A DNA stretch of 63,674 nucleotides, the filler included, from Stramenopiles sp. TOSAG23-3 (taxonomy: Eukaryota): the NCBI GenBank assembly GCA_900128585.1. It is 8 parts of 8 records of this genome, joined end to end, with 100 filler letters (N's around TTAATTAATTAA, not from the genome) between each part and the next. Parts side by side here need not be neighbours in the genome. Positions count along the whole stretch, not along the records: positions 28,095 to 42,027 come from LT642600.1; positions 42,128 to 56,034 come from LT642601.1; 6 more parts are not named here. The stretch is one strand, 5' to 3'. Under the pieces are notes generated by a model. That model had not been told where the DNA came from and did no database searches. It worked only from the letters and a program-made list of their open reading frames with translations. Each line of letters starts with the position of its first letter. Within the stretch, counting starts at the first letter, position 1. Made by a program: the position numbers and the translations under genes. Below, one piece after another: positions 32,850 through 43,068 of this stretch.

Positions 32850-33906
32850 TTCTAGATGGCTTCTCTTTTCTCTTCAGTCATATCCATGTTAGAAATTAGG
32901 GTATATCACAGGCTTCCTCAGATTCAGTCTTTACTATTTGTATGTAAAACATTCCTGTATTGTTTCCCTGTTGTGTTGTTTTCAATTGAAGTACTTATAT
33001 CTAGACGACTATATTGTAATGTATATAGGAGGATATCAGTGCGTACACAGCATTTATCATCTTTCAAAATTTTCTTTCGATGATTTTTTATTTTTTATTT
33101 CTTTTTTTGTTAAATTTTGTTATAAATATATTATTAATAATAAATACAATAATTCCAATAATACGTAGTCTAATAAAACTAATAAAATAGGAGAAGGGAG
33201 TAATTTCTCTTCTCTTCTTTGCTTCTACTTTAACTTGTAAGATAGGTACTAGACTACGAAATAGTACAGTGCCGAACTTGTGATAAATTCAATTCAATTC
33301 TTGGAGGGAGAATTTAATTAAATTGGAAAATCAGAAGAAAATCTAAAATCTGGCGCTAAACTATTTTTCATAATTCAATAACATAGTCGTAGTAGCTAGA
33401 GTATAGAATAGAAGTAAGGATGGCCTACCTCTTTCCTTCTCCTTCCTTCTCTTTGTATTTTCATGATCATGCTTGTTGTAATACTATTTCAATATTAAAA
33501 TGTTTTCTTCTTGTTATTAACAACAACAAAAAAGAAAAGAAGAAGAAGAAAAGAAGAAGAAGGAAGAAGAGAATTAAAAGAAGAAGAAGAATTAAAAGAA
33601 GAAGAAGGAAGAGAGACGACCAACCTACCACGGACGACGTACGTATCTTAATTTAAAATAACAACATCTGTAAAGCTTTATTGAATTGTATTATATAAAA
33701 AAGAAGAGAAGGAAGCAAAGACGGCCAGAGAAAATGGCTTTGAACTTCTTTTTGTGTGTGTTTGTGTGCATGTGTTTGTGTGTTAGTCTAGGAATATTTA
33801 CATTTGGAAGCGTACAATTAGTTTGAAGTATAGTTAGTGTATTTAGAACGATTACGGCAACGCATACCGTCAGTAGCAGTGAAAGCACGCATTATTAGTA
33901 GTAGCC

Positions 33907-36900
33907 ATGATCACGGACTTGCCACCAGCGGAGACGCCAGAAACCAGTACCATCGCCTCTTCGTTCCCGGCTAGCCCTGCAAACGCAGCGTCTGCAGAGC
34001 CGACAGCGATAAACAAGACCCCGCCAGAAGTGTCAATGCAAAGCAAACAGGGCACGGCGAGTCGCCTGGGGTACGGGCGCAGCAACCGGGAGAAATTCTC
34101 TATGGTGGACGAGGACGAGGACATGGGCGAAGAGCTGGCGCTGATGGGGGACGACGAGAACGCCGACGAGATGTTTTCCCTGTTGAACGATGATGACGCT
34201 GCATCCTCCGGGTTGGACGACTCAAAGCCCAGCAGCCCCGCGAGGGATCCCCTGGGGTTTACAGATCTGGAAACGGACCGCGTCCTGCAATCGGTGGCCC
34301 CGACCCCCTCGAAGCCGAGCGTCGCGGAGGAATTTGTGGCCCCCGCCAAGGCGGCGCAAGATGACGCGGACATGGTGATGTCGTCGTCCTCGTCGGAGGA
34401 AGAGGAGGACGAATTGGAGATGCTTTTCAAACGAAAAGCGACGGGGGAGCTCAGCCCTACCAAGCCAGCGGCCAAGCCGTCCGGCACGCCGGACAAGAGC
34501 ACCATGGACGCCGTGCGAAATGTCTTTGGGAACGACAGCAGCAGCAGCGACGACAGCAGCAGCAGCAGCAGCGACAGCGACAGCTCCTCGTCGGAGGACG
34601 ACGGCGGAGACGCGAGTGATGCTGCCGAGGATTTGCCCGAGTCAGTGACCGGCACAAAACGAAAGACCAAGTCCAGCAAAGGGGCCCACAAACGGCACAA
34701 ATCGAACAGTGGGAGCGCCAGCGACCCACAAGAGATCAAAGCAAACCGGCCCAATCCTAAGCTGCCATTCAACGGCCTTGTGGACGAGAAGACCTTCCGC
34801 GAAAGGGTCCAGCGCGCAAAGGACGACCCCAAGTCCATCAGTAAGGTGGCCATGGATTCGAAGGAGAAAGCCAACCTTCCTCGCGAATCTTACCTTGTGG
34901 TGACCACGAAGCGGTGCTACCTGCCCTATTGCGACAAAGACGGCCACCTGAACACAGAGTTCATCTCCGCCATTCGAAAGGAAATGGGGAAAATCAGCAA
35001 GCTAACCCCAGCGAAGCGTCTCGTGCACTCGTACATAAAGGAAACCGGGGCTTTGGTTGCGTTGATGCTGCACCGCGCCAACGTGCTGTTTCAGACGCTG
35101 TGGCCTGGCACCCCCGGGGTTCAATTTGCCGGGGGGATCAAAGACGCTAGCACAACGGTGGACACGACGAAGCGGGCGGTGAGGATGGTCATCAACGTGT
35201 GGTCGCCAGAGTTGAACGAGCAGGACGCGCGCGACCGATCGGAAGCTGCCGCCCGAAGGAACAAAGCCCTGCGAGAACACAAGCTGAATCAGCAACGCCA
35301 AGAGGAGGAGAGCCGGAACGCCCAGAAGCAGGGTCGCGTTGTAATGACGGGCCTCCTGGAAAAGATTCGGCAACGAAAACATGCCCTGTCGTCAAGCACG
35401 TCGGCGAACGAGAAAAACTTTTTCCAGGCCAAGGCAGAGGGCGCCCGCCGCGCCCGCAAAGAAGCGGAGGCCACCCTGCCCCAGGTGCTTCTGAAGGAAA
35501 GCGAAGAGCGGGAAGATGTGGAGTTGGGGGAGGGCGAGGCCGAACCATCCGTGTCAAAGCCTGGAGCTGTCCGCCGGACAGTGTCCGCGCCATCGTTGCT
35601 TCTGAAGGAGCCACGGCTGGGGTCGTTTGGCAGCGAGTCAGGGTCCGACTCCGACGACGACATTGAGCTGGTCATGGAGACCAGGCCTGCACTGTCGCAG
35701 CCCGGGGAGTCCCCATCTACCGCAGGGTTCAAAGCCGCGGCGGACCGTGCAGCCAAAGCACGACGAGACTTAGCGATGCGCTCCAGGCGCCATCACGGTT
35801 TTAAAATGTTCGCCGGCAGCAAGAAGGCCAAAGTCGGCAAGAAGAATTCCAAAGGGGTCACAGACGGGAAGGCGATACGGGACAATTATTTCAAAAAATT
35901 GCGCCAGGAGGCGGCGAACGAGCGCCTGACTTCCCACGCCCAGCTGCAGGGCTACGCGAGTTTTGAGCAATGGAAAGAGGCCGAGCGAAAGGAAGCAGCC
36001 AAGCGAGGACAAGACGAAGCGCAACAGGCTTTGGTCGCGGAAATCGAGAGAAAAGTAATGGAAAATCAGAGGCGAAAGCACGGTGTCGTGGAGAGTGCCG
36101 GGGTGGGGTTTATAGCGGCCGAAAGTTTTTCTGAGCCGAAGCCAGGCTACGTTTTCAAGAGGGACACGCTAGGATTAGGGTACTATGCCGACGGCGTGGA
36201 CGTCTCGGCACTGGCACCACCGACGAAAAAAGAGAGCGCCGAGGCCGATATGAAGGGTGAGGAAGCAGTCCCCGCCGAAAGTGCCGAAAAAGCTTCCGAC
36301 AGTGGCGAAAGCAAATCCTTGAAAGACGAAGGCCCGACGGATAAACCCGCGCCGACGGCGGCCCGACTCAGTCCTGCTTCGAGGATGGCCAAACGAGTTG
36401 CCGAGAAGCCGAAAAAGGTCGGTGCATTGGACCAGCTGTTTTCGAAGCCGAGGAGGGAAGAATCTAGTGTACAAGACAATGTGGCCTATGAAAAGGTGGG
36501 CACAGACGAAGAAGCTGGCCGCTCCGACGACGACGAAACGGTGGAAGCGACGCAAGTCGTTCTGGACGACGACGCCGAAGCCTCTTCCGCTGAGGAAGAG
36601 AACGCGACGGAAGCGAAATCCGATGCGCCGAAAGTAGATCGAGCTGCCGCATACCGTGCCGCCTTGGCCAAAGAAGCAGAGAGCTTGAAAGCTAATAGAA
36701 GGGCGGGGTCTATGGTAGAAGAAGAAGCCGAAGAGTCCGACGACGAAGAAAGGATGACCCACGGGGTCGGAGAATACGGCGTTGACGACATGAAGCGGCG
36801 AGAAGAGCAAGACAGGATGGACGAAAGGATGGATCGCGTCACCCAGAAGGATGTTATGGAGGCCGATTTAGAAGGGATTGTCGATGCCCCGTCGGACGAC

Positions 36901-37998
36901 GAAGGAGACGAAGATGCCGACGAGGCAGGATTTCACGCCGACAAGCTGCGAGAGCAAGACGAGGAAGAAGTGGCTGCTGTTGTGAAGAACATCCAAGAAG
37001 GCTGGAAAGGACGGCGCCGGGGCCGTCGCCATGGCCGTTTGGGCACAGAGGATTTGGTGGAAGGCAACAAACGCCAAAAGGGTCGTTTGGGCCTCGACCA
37101 GAGCGATGACGAAGAAGTGGAAGACGAAGAAGCCGCCCTCCTGTCTAAGATTGAACGGGAACGACTGCGTCACGGCGATGATGATTACATTTCTGATTTT
37201 GACAGCGACCCTGAGGAGGACGAAAATGTCGAGGAGGCCGAAAAGAACGTCACGGACCCAGAGAAGATGCCGCACGATTTCGACGCAGGGGACCAGAAAG
37301 CCACCATCGCGTTGATGCGCTCAAGGGCAAAAAAAACCAGGGCCCTCATGAAATTGGAGGCTAGGAATAGCGCTTCGCCCCTGAACATTCCGAGGGCCCG
37401 CTCCCCCCGCGAGAGTTCCATTTTAGGGGACGAGACGAGCAATCAGATTTTGGCCATGATGCAACGGACCAACGTCAGAACTCCCATCATGCGCCAGGAC
37501 AGCTTTGACGCCCCGAACGTGATGTCAAAACCCCAGCCTGTGCTGCGGCGAAGCTCTTCGTTGCCGGCCGATCCTGCTGCATTTTCTGGGAACAATGCCA
37601 CCAGCGCACCAACCCCCGCAGACAGCAACAGCATGGGCCCAGGACTGTTTCGAAGAAAGTCCATGTCCTTGACAGCGTCCAGGGGATCGTTCTTGTCCAC
37701 CGGGAACTCGTCTTCTGCGTTGAACATGAATTCCACGAATTCCAACATTGCGCCCCCGACCACGTTTGGCGGCATCGGGGCAGGTGGGGCTGCGGCGACT
37801 AGCGCAATTACTCGGAAGTTCGTGTTTCGTAGCAAAGAGATGGATGCTTCCAGTCGCTCTGCATGGGGGACCAATAGCCGCAGCGGCGTAACCTCGCGCC
37901 CCGGGTCTGCCAAGCCGATGGAGCGCGGGAGTAAGAAGAATGCAGAAGCGGGCCAGCTGTGGAGCAAACTGTGCCAAAACAGGTTTACCGACGAGTAA
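33907..37998 (+). CDS. Claspin/Mrc1-like acidic replication-checkpoint mediator (1363 aa)
   Basis: Acidic, disordered protein; MVEEEAEESDDE...FHADKLREQDEEEVAAVVKNIQEG..RRR resembles the MRC1 domain. Confidence 0.65.
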   Translation: MITDLPPAETPETSTIASSFPASPANAASAEPTAINKTPPEVSMQSKQGTASRLGYGRSNREKFSMVDEDEDMGEELALMGDDENADEMFSLLNDDDAASSGLDDSKPSSPARDPLGFTDLETDRVLQSVAPTPSKPSVAEEFVAPAKAAQDDADMVMSSSSSEEEEDELEMLFKRKATGELSPTKPAAKPSGTPDKSTMDAVRNVFGNDSSSSDDSSSSSSDSDSSSSEDDGGDASDAAEDLPESVTGTKRKTKSSKGAHKRHKSNSGSASDPQEIKANRPNPKLPFNGLVDEKTFRERVQRAKDDPKSISKVAMDSKEKANLPRESYLVVTTKRCYLPYCDKDGHLNTEFISAIRKEMGKISKLTPAKRLVHSYIKETGALVALMLHRANVLFQTLWPGTPGVQFAGGIKDASTTVDTTKRAVRMVINVWSPELNEQDARDRSEAAARRNKALREHKLNQQRQEEESRNAQKQGRVVMTGLLEKIRQRKHALSSSTSANEKNFFQAKAEGARRARKEAEATLPQVLLKESEEREDVELGEGEAEPSVSKPGAVRRTVSAPSLLLKEPRLGSFGSESGSDSDDDIELVMETRPALSQPGESPSTAGFKAAADRAAKARRDLAMRSRRHHGFKMFAGSKKAKVGKKNSKGVTDGKAIRDNYFKKLRQEAANERLTSHAQLQGYASFEQWKEAERKEAAKRGQDEAQQALVAEIERKVMENQRRKHGVVESAGVGFIAAESFSEPKPGYVFKRDTLGLGYYADGVDVSALAPPTKKESAEADMKGEEAVPAESAEKASDSGESKSLKDEGPTDKPAPTAARLSPASRMAKRVAEKPKKVGALDQLFSKPRREESSVQDNVAYEKVGTDEEAGRSDDDETVEATQVVLDDDAEASSAEEENATEAKSDAPKVDRAAAYRAALAKEAESLKANRRAGSMVEEEAEESDDEERMTHGVGEYGVDDMKRREEQDRMDERMDRVTQKDVMEADLEGIVDAPSDDEGDEDADEAGFHADKLREQDEEEVAAVVKNIQEGWKGRRRGRRHGRLGTEDLVEGNKRQKGRLGLDQSDDEEVEDEEAALLSKIERERLRHGDDDYISDFDSDPEEDENVEEAEKNVTDPEKMPHDFDAGDQKATIALMRSRAKKTRALMKLEARNSASPLNIPRARSPRESSILGDETSNQILAMMQRTNVRTPIMRQDSFDAPNVMSKPQPVLRRSSSLPADPAAFSGNNATSAPTPADSNSMGPGLFRRKSMSLTASRGSFLSTGNSSSALNMNSTNSNIAPPTTFGGIGAGGAAATSAITRKFVFRSKEMDASSRSAWGTNSRSGVTSRPGSAKPMERGSKKNAEAGQLWSKLCQNRFTDE

Positions 37999-38192
37999 AT
38001 TCACTCATGGCGTAAATGCATTGTAAAATTTCGTAAGGATTCTTAGCGATTTTTAGTACAAATAATATTTTAAACAGTAATATTACATAAGGTACGTTGA
38101 TTTAAAATGAGAGTCTTACAACATACCATATAATCATGTTTTTACATAAGGTACGTCTCCTCTGTAGCAGGCAGCGCCTCCACCTCATTGGC

Positions 38193-38657
38193 TCATCGCC
38201 TTCGTTTCTTCCCAGGCTTGTCACTCGATGGCTCACGCTTTTGGCGCGCGGTGCTCTCCTTCCTCTGGTGGTGACCACACGATTTGCACGTGTACACTAC
38301 TCCCTTTTCTGCACATTTTCGTTTCCGTCGTTTTTTTCTGGAATTCGATATCACCCGAACAGTGCAATTGTCACCCGGAAGAAAAAGAATGGCACACCGT
38401 TTGCAAAACAACACGTGGTCCTCGTGGACGCTTCCCCCCGTGGGTTCTATTCTACTAAGAGCACTTTGTGACAGTACCGACGGCGTGTCTTCTTCACCAC
38501 CGCCGGCACAGTGTCTAACTCCTTCTACCAAACCAACACGCCACAAATAGTTGACGTTCTCACGCTGTGCTGAATGGGATTTGCTCACTTTGCTATCACA
38601 TTCTACCAAACAACACTGTTGGATATTCCCTAGGTCAATTGTCCCCCGGCGCTTCAT
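38193..38657 (-). CDS. RPP21: RNase P subunit Rpp21/Rpr2-like protein
   Basis: VNYLW, FCKRC..LFLPGDNCTVRV, basic stretch, YTCKSCGH zinc ribbon; start codon uncertain. Confidence 0.8.
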   Translation of the reverse strand: MKRRGTIDLGNIQQCCLVECDSKVSKSHSAQRENVNYLWRVGLVEGVRHCAGGGEEDTPSVLSQSALSRIEPTGGSVHEDHVLFCKRCAILFLPGDNCTVRVISNSRKKRRKRKCAEKGVVYTCKSCGHHQRKESTARQKREPSSDKPGKKRRR

Positions 38658-39246
38658 GTATACACACACCCGTTCCAGAAACGTAAGTCTCCCCCAAATA
38701 GAATCCTCCCCCAACACCCCCTAAACTACTAAGGTTAGAAAGACTTCAACAATTGTCCTGGGAGAACAATACTTATTCTATTGTTCGGCAAAGGCATGAT
38801 ATAAATTCTTCTAGTCCTTCGGTTATATTACAGACGATATGTACGGGGGATAATTGATTGCTTCCTCCTCCGAAACAAGAAGAAGAAAGAAGGAAGTGAT
38901 AATGATGATGATGAGATCGATCTGCTGCTGTGAGAGAGGAAGCAAGAAGAGAGGAGGTAGGAGGAGCAAAAAAGAGAGAGGTATTATAAAATACGATGAT
39001 GAATATTATTATTATTATTATTATATATATTTATATTAAAATACCAAGTATAATAATATGATGGGATAATAATATAATTAATATTCCATCATTATATTAT
39101 TAAAAAAATAATATTCTACTTACTACCAAAATACTCTCTAGAGTCTACCGGTACTCGGTTTTATTATTTTAATATTAAGAACAAATTATATATCTTCATC
39201 ATGCATAATCTCTTTCTTCCCATATATGTACACAACTAATTCTTGC

Positions 39247-41238
39247 TTACTCCGATAGTTGCGGATCAGTGGTATCCGAGAAGAATTTAATGAACCGTTT
39301 CGCGTATTCCAACGGCGGAACGCTGGATATTTTCCCCTTCCCCTGACCCGCGATATACGTTTTAAATATATTCTCCCCCCGTTTGATCAAGTTGTACTGT
39401 TGCAGGATATCAATGATGCCAAAGTAATAGATTTCATTGTTGTTCTCCCCAGAGGGGGTCTTTCCTTGGTAGCCGCCAGACTCCTGGTTAAAAATGGGCA
39501 ATCGCTGGTGGCACTCTGGTTCCCGAATGATTTCAGACTCCTCCAGCTCGTCCGCGGTCAAGTTGTACGATTCCTCCAAGCCGTCAGACATCATGCTCTC
39601 GTCGCCGCTCGAAGCTTTTCCGTCGCTCATTTCACCGCCGCTGGTGTTCCCACTGGTGGAGCTTCCGCGGCTGCTTTTTCTAGGGGGTTTCTTGCCTACA
39701 CCATAGCCTGGAATCTTCTCTGGGACGCGCCCGTGGATGCCCACCAGCAGGCTGTAGTCCATGATACCCATCTTAGACAGGAACAGGGAATCGACGCGGA
39801 TCTGATCGATGAACTTTTTCCGCCGCTCCGGGGTCCCTAATTTGATCCTTTGCGCCAAGTTTTCGATGGGGCCACTCAGCGAGTCGTCGAAACCCAGGAA
39901 GTTAAGGTCTTTTCGCACCGACCCTGGCTTTTTCTTGATTTTTTCGTGCGACGTGTACCGCCCTTTGTACGTTGCGCCCTTTATGTCGTATTTGACGTGG
40001 ATGTCTTTCGGTGTGTTGAAAATGTTGTTCATGACGACAAAATGCAGACGGCGCCTGATGTGCGGCATTTTAACACGGTGAAGGCCGTAGTAACGGTTCA
40101 AAAGGCTATCGGGGTATTGGCCCATGTGCTCGACAAAGTATGGGAGGATCCTCCGCAAAAATTTACACTCCTGGTCGGTCAACGTTTTGATCATGTATTT
40201 CATATCGTTGGAGAAAAAGAAGTACTGCCCGCTCTTCGAATTCGATAAAAATTTAATAAACCCCAAGTTCCCACAAATGCTCAGCAAGTACTCTGCCGGG
40301 TCCACTTTCCAAAGGTTGCGCAAGTGCCGGAAGCACAGCGGCGCGTAGTCTTTGAACTTAAAGCTCACCCCTTTCTTCACCGCGGTCCCAGCGGACATGC
40401 TCGGGGAGAGGGGGAATATGTACTTCTCTACTGCCATGAAGTCTTTCATCGTAAGGCGGCGGGAGAGGCTGTTCAAGTTGATCACCCGGCTGGAGTGGGA
40501 GCTTAGGGCGGAAATGCCGTCCGCCCCGACGGAGTCGCTGTCCACGCTAGTCGTAGAGTCCTTCCTCGCCGCCGCCGTCGGCGGGTAGGCTTCGCTAAAC
40601 TGACGGCCGACGCTCACCTGCACCCCGATCATCATCCCGTACGTGAGTGCGTACATTTCATCCTCCTTTCCTATGACATCTTTGGTCCGCACCTCTTTCC
40701 CTTTCTTCTCCCGGCGGTCTCTGCGCAACGCTTTCTTTTTCTGGCTCTTCAACTCTTCCTTCTCCGTCTTCAGCCGCGCTTTGTATTTTCGCGTTATCAA
40801 GCGGCGGCGGCGCCTCCCTTTGTCCTTCTCAAACCCGGCATCGATCGTCAAGTTCACAGCTTTCGCGAAGGGGGTATCTACCTCTGGCATGTAATGCCCG
40901 GGCTCCGTCGCCACCATCGTGTTTGGGCTTTTCATCATCGGCTGCAGCGAGCCCCGGCGGAGCTTTACGAGGTTCTTGATATCGCGCTTCGAGGGGGTGG
41001 GGGAAACGGGGGCGGGGGAAATCTCCCCAAAACCGTCGAAATTCGACGTGCTTGGCGGCATAGACTGTCTTCTACTAGAACGAGGGCTGGGACCCGAACT
41101 CTCCAGCAGCATCGCAAACTTCTCCGCGTTACCAAGGGGAGACTGCCGCCCCGACGGGGAACTGCCCTGGCCACCGCCCGTACCGGACGCGCCCGGAACC
41201 GGAACCTTCGGGGCATCGTCCTCTATTGCGGACGCCAT
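39247..41238 (-). CDS. Phosphatidylinositol-4-phosphate 5-kinase
   Basis: FKFKDYAP, KSGQYFF, YMIKT, YDIKG, KDLN, IMDYSLL, FGIIDILQ. Confidence 0.95.
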   Translation of the reverse strand: MASAIEDDAPKVPVPGASGTGGGQGSSPSGRQSPLGNAEKFAMLLESSGPSPRSSRRQSMPPSTSNFDGFGEISPAPVSPTPSKRDIKNLVKLRRGSLQPMMKSPNTMVATEPGHYMPEVDTPFAKAVNLTIDAGFEKDKGRRRRRLITRKYKARLKTEKEELKSQKKKALRRDRREKKGKEVRTKDVIGKEDEMYALTYGMMIGVQVSVGRQFSEAYPPTAAARKDSTTSVDSDSVGADGISALSSHSSRVINLNSLSRRLTMKDFMAVEKYIFPLSPSMSAGTAVKKGVSFKFKDYAPLCFRHLRNLWKVDPAEYLLSICGNLGFIKFLSNSKSGQYFFFSNDMKYMIKTLTDQECKFLRRILPYFVEHMGQYPDSLLNRYYGLHRVKMPHIRRRLHFVVMNNIFNTPKDIHVKYDIKGATYKGRYTSHEKIKKKPGSVRKDLNFLGFDDSLSGPIENLAQRIKLGTPERRKKFIDQIRVDSLFLSKMGIMDYSLLVGIHGRVPEKIPGYGVGKKPPRKSSRGSSTSGNTSGGEMSDGKASSGDESMMSDGLEESYNLTADELEESEIIREPECHQRLPIFNQESGGYQGKTPSGENNNEIYYFGIIDILQQYNLIKRGENIFKTYIAGQGKGKISSVPPLEYAKRFIKFFSDTTDPQLSE

Positions 41239-41779
41239 ACCCAGGAACAACTCGCACCAACTAACTGCACTTTCTTTCCTCAATCCTTTCCTGAATCCTT
41301 TCCTTTTTCTTTGTCAAAGAACACGCCCTTTTCAACAATTTAAAAACCAAAAAAAGAGAGGGGAGAATGAAAAGGGGGGGGGAAGGAGAAGAAACGAAGA
41401 TCAAAACAAACTATCATAAAAACCAAAACAAGTTCAATTTGTTTGTTGTTAATTTTTTGTGTTGAGTGGTAGTACTACTTGGTACCAAAGGAGGTAGTAT
41501 TAATAGTAGAAGAGAAGAAGAAGCGGATGACAGAATCTGATGATCTATCTATCACTTTCTCCATAGATTATAGAGATTGGCTAGGCAGGCTATTATTTAT
41601 TATTGCTTCTTTATATAGTTGTAATTCTAAATATTAATTAATACGAAGTAATCCTATAGTCCTACAGCAATAAAAAGTAGTAAACTGAAACACTTCTTAA
41701 ATATCCAAATTGAGAGGAAAAGTGGACAGAAGCAAAATTGGAAAGAAAAAAATATAGAAACAGCAAGAAGAAGAAAAAA

Positions 41780-41856
41780 CAATCGAACGAAAGAACGAAA
41801 GAAAGAAGAAAAAACAAACGAACGAAAGAACGAAAGAAAGAAAGACAGAAAAAGGA

Positions 41857-41904
<48 letters not shown>

Positions 41905-41954
41905 ACGAAAGAAAGAAAGAAAAAGGAAAGAAAGAAAGAAAGAAAGAAAAAGGA

Positions 41955-42026
<72 letters not shown>

Positions 42027-42027
42027 A
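41780..42027. repeat. (GAAA)n microsatellite at contig end
   Basis: Directly visible. Confidence 0.92.
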
Positions 42028-42573
42028 NNNNNNNNNNNNNNNNNNNNNNNNNNNNNNNNNNNNNNNNNNNNTTAATTAATTAANNNNNNNNNNNNNNNNN
42101 NNNNNNNNNNNNNNNNNNNNNNNNNNNAAGAAGATAATAGAATAATAAAATACATAATAATACCAGATAATTTAATATAGAAGAAGGAAGAAAAAAAAAG
42201 AACGAAGAACTCTAAAATAAAGAAAAGGCCACGACGTCCTCAGCAGCAGCATTTTTAGTTTTTTTCTTTTGCTCTCTGCTGCTCTCTCCTCCTCCTCCCC
42301 CTCCCTACAAAAAAAAAAAAGGTGATGATGATGAAGAAAAGAGAGAAGAAAACAACTGGGAAGAAGAAGAGGAGGAGGGGCGGGCAGGTATAATACTATC
42401 AACAAAACGAATAAAATGCACATTTGATCAAAGTGTTAAAGTGTTGGAGAATTTTCTCTGTTTATCTATGCTGTGCAACAAACGGGTTTCTTTTTATAAA
42501 CAGCATTGGAAAGTTATAGACTTCCCCTTCCTTTAGTAGTTTAGAGGCCTTAGTTAAAAATCCGAATAACAAG

Positions 42574-42768
42574 ATGGATATGCCCCCAGCAGAGTTTGGC
42601 GAACCCATTGAAACGAACAGCTGCGGCGGCGATACAAAACCAAACGTGATAGATGCGTTCTTTTACAATGATTTTCCTGGCGTATTTGCCCCGAATGTTA
42701 AAAATACCCATGTTGTAACGTCTGAACCATCTGCTAGCGGCTCGGCGGCAAAGAAAGATGAATCTTAG
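42574..42768 (+). CDS. Small protein, candidate COP9 signalosome subunit 9 (CSNAP/MYEOV2)-like
   Basis: 64-aa ATG ORF; VIDAFFYNDFPGVF resembles the recalled CSN9 motif VHADFFNDFEDLF. Confidence 0.5.
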   Translation: MDMPPAEFGEPIETNSCGGDTKPNVIDAFFYNDFPGVFAPNVKNTHVVTSEPSASGSAAKKDES

Positions 42769-43068
42769 CAGTCGCGACCGCCGGATTAGAAAGGCATCAG
42801 CATTTTTTTTTTTATAGTGCGTATCCTATCATATATGAACCAACGAAGACATCAAGGTGTGGAAATGTCTGAACAGCGTGCCAACGTTCTTCAAGAAGAG
42901 AGCAGTGCAAGTTATGTATATTAAAAAAAACAAATTATATAGTATGCTTTAATGTATATTTTTAAAAAAACAAATTATATATGAACTGTATTTTTTTGTA
43001 ATTGATTTTTAAAAAACTAAGACGTAAGAAACAGAACATGCCGTTCGCGTCACGCTAAAGTGGAGGGG

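Noticed and set aside
42830..42885. ATGA...AA...GA pattern resembling a SECIS
   Set aside because: Helix spacing does not fit, and the upstream ORF has no in-frame TGA.
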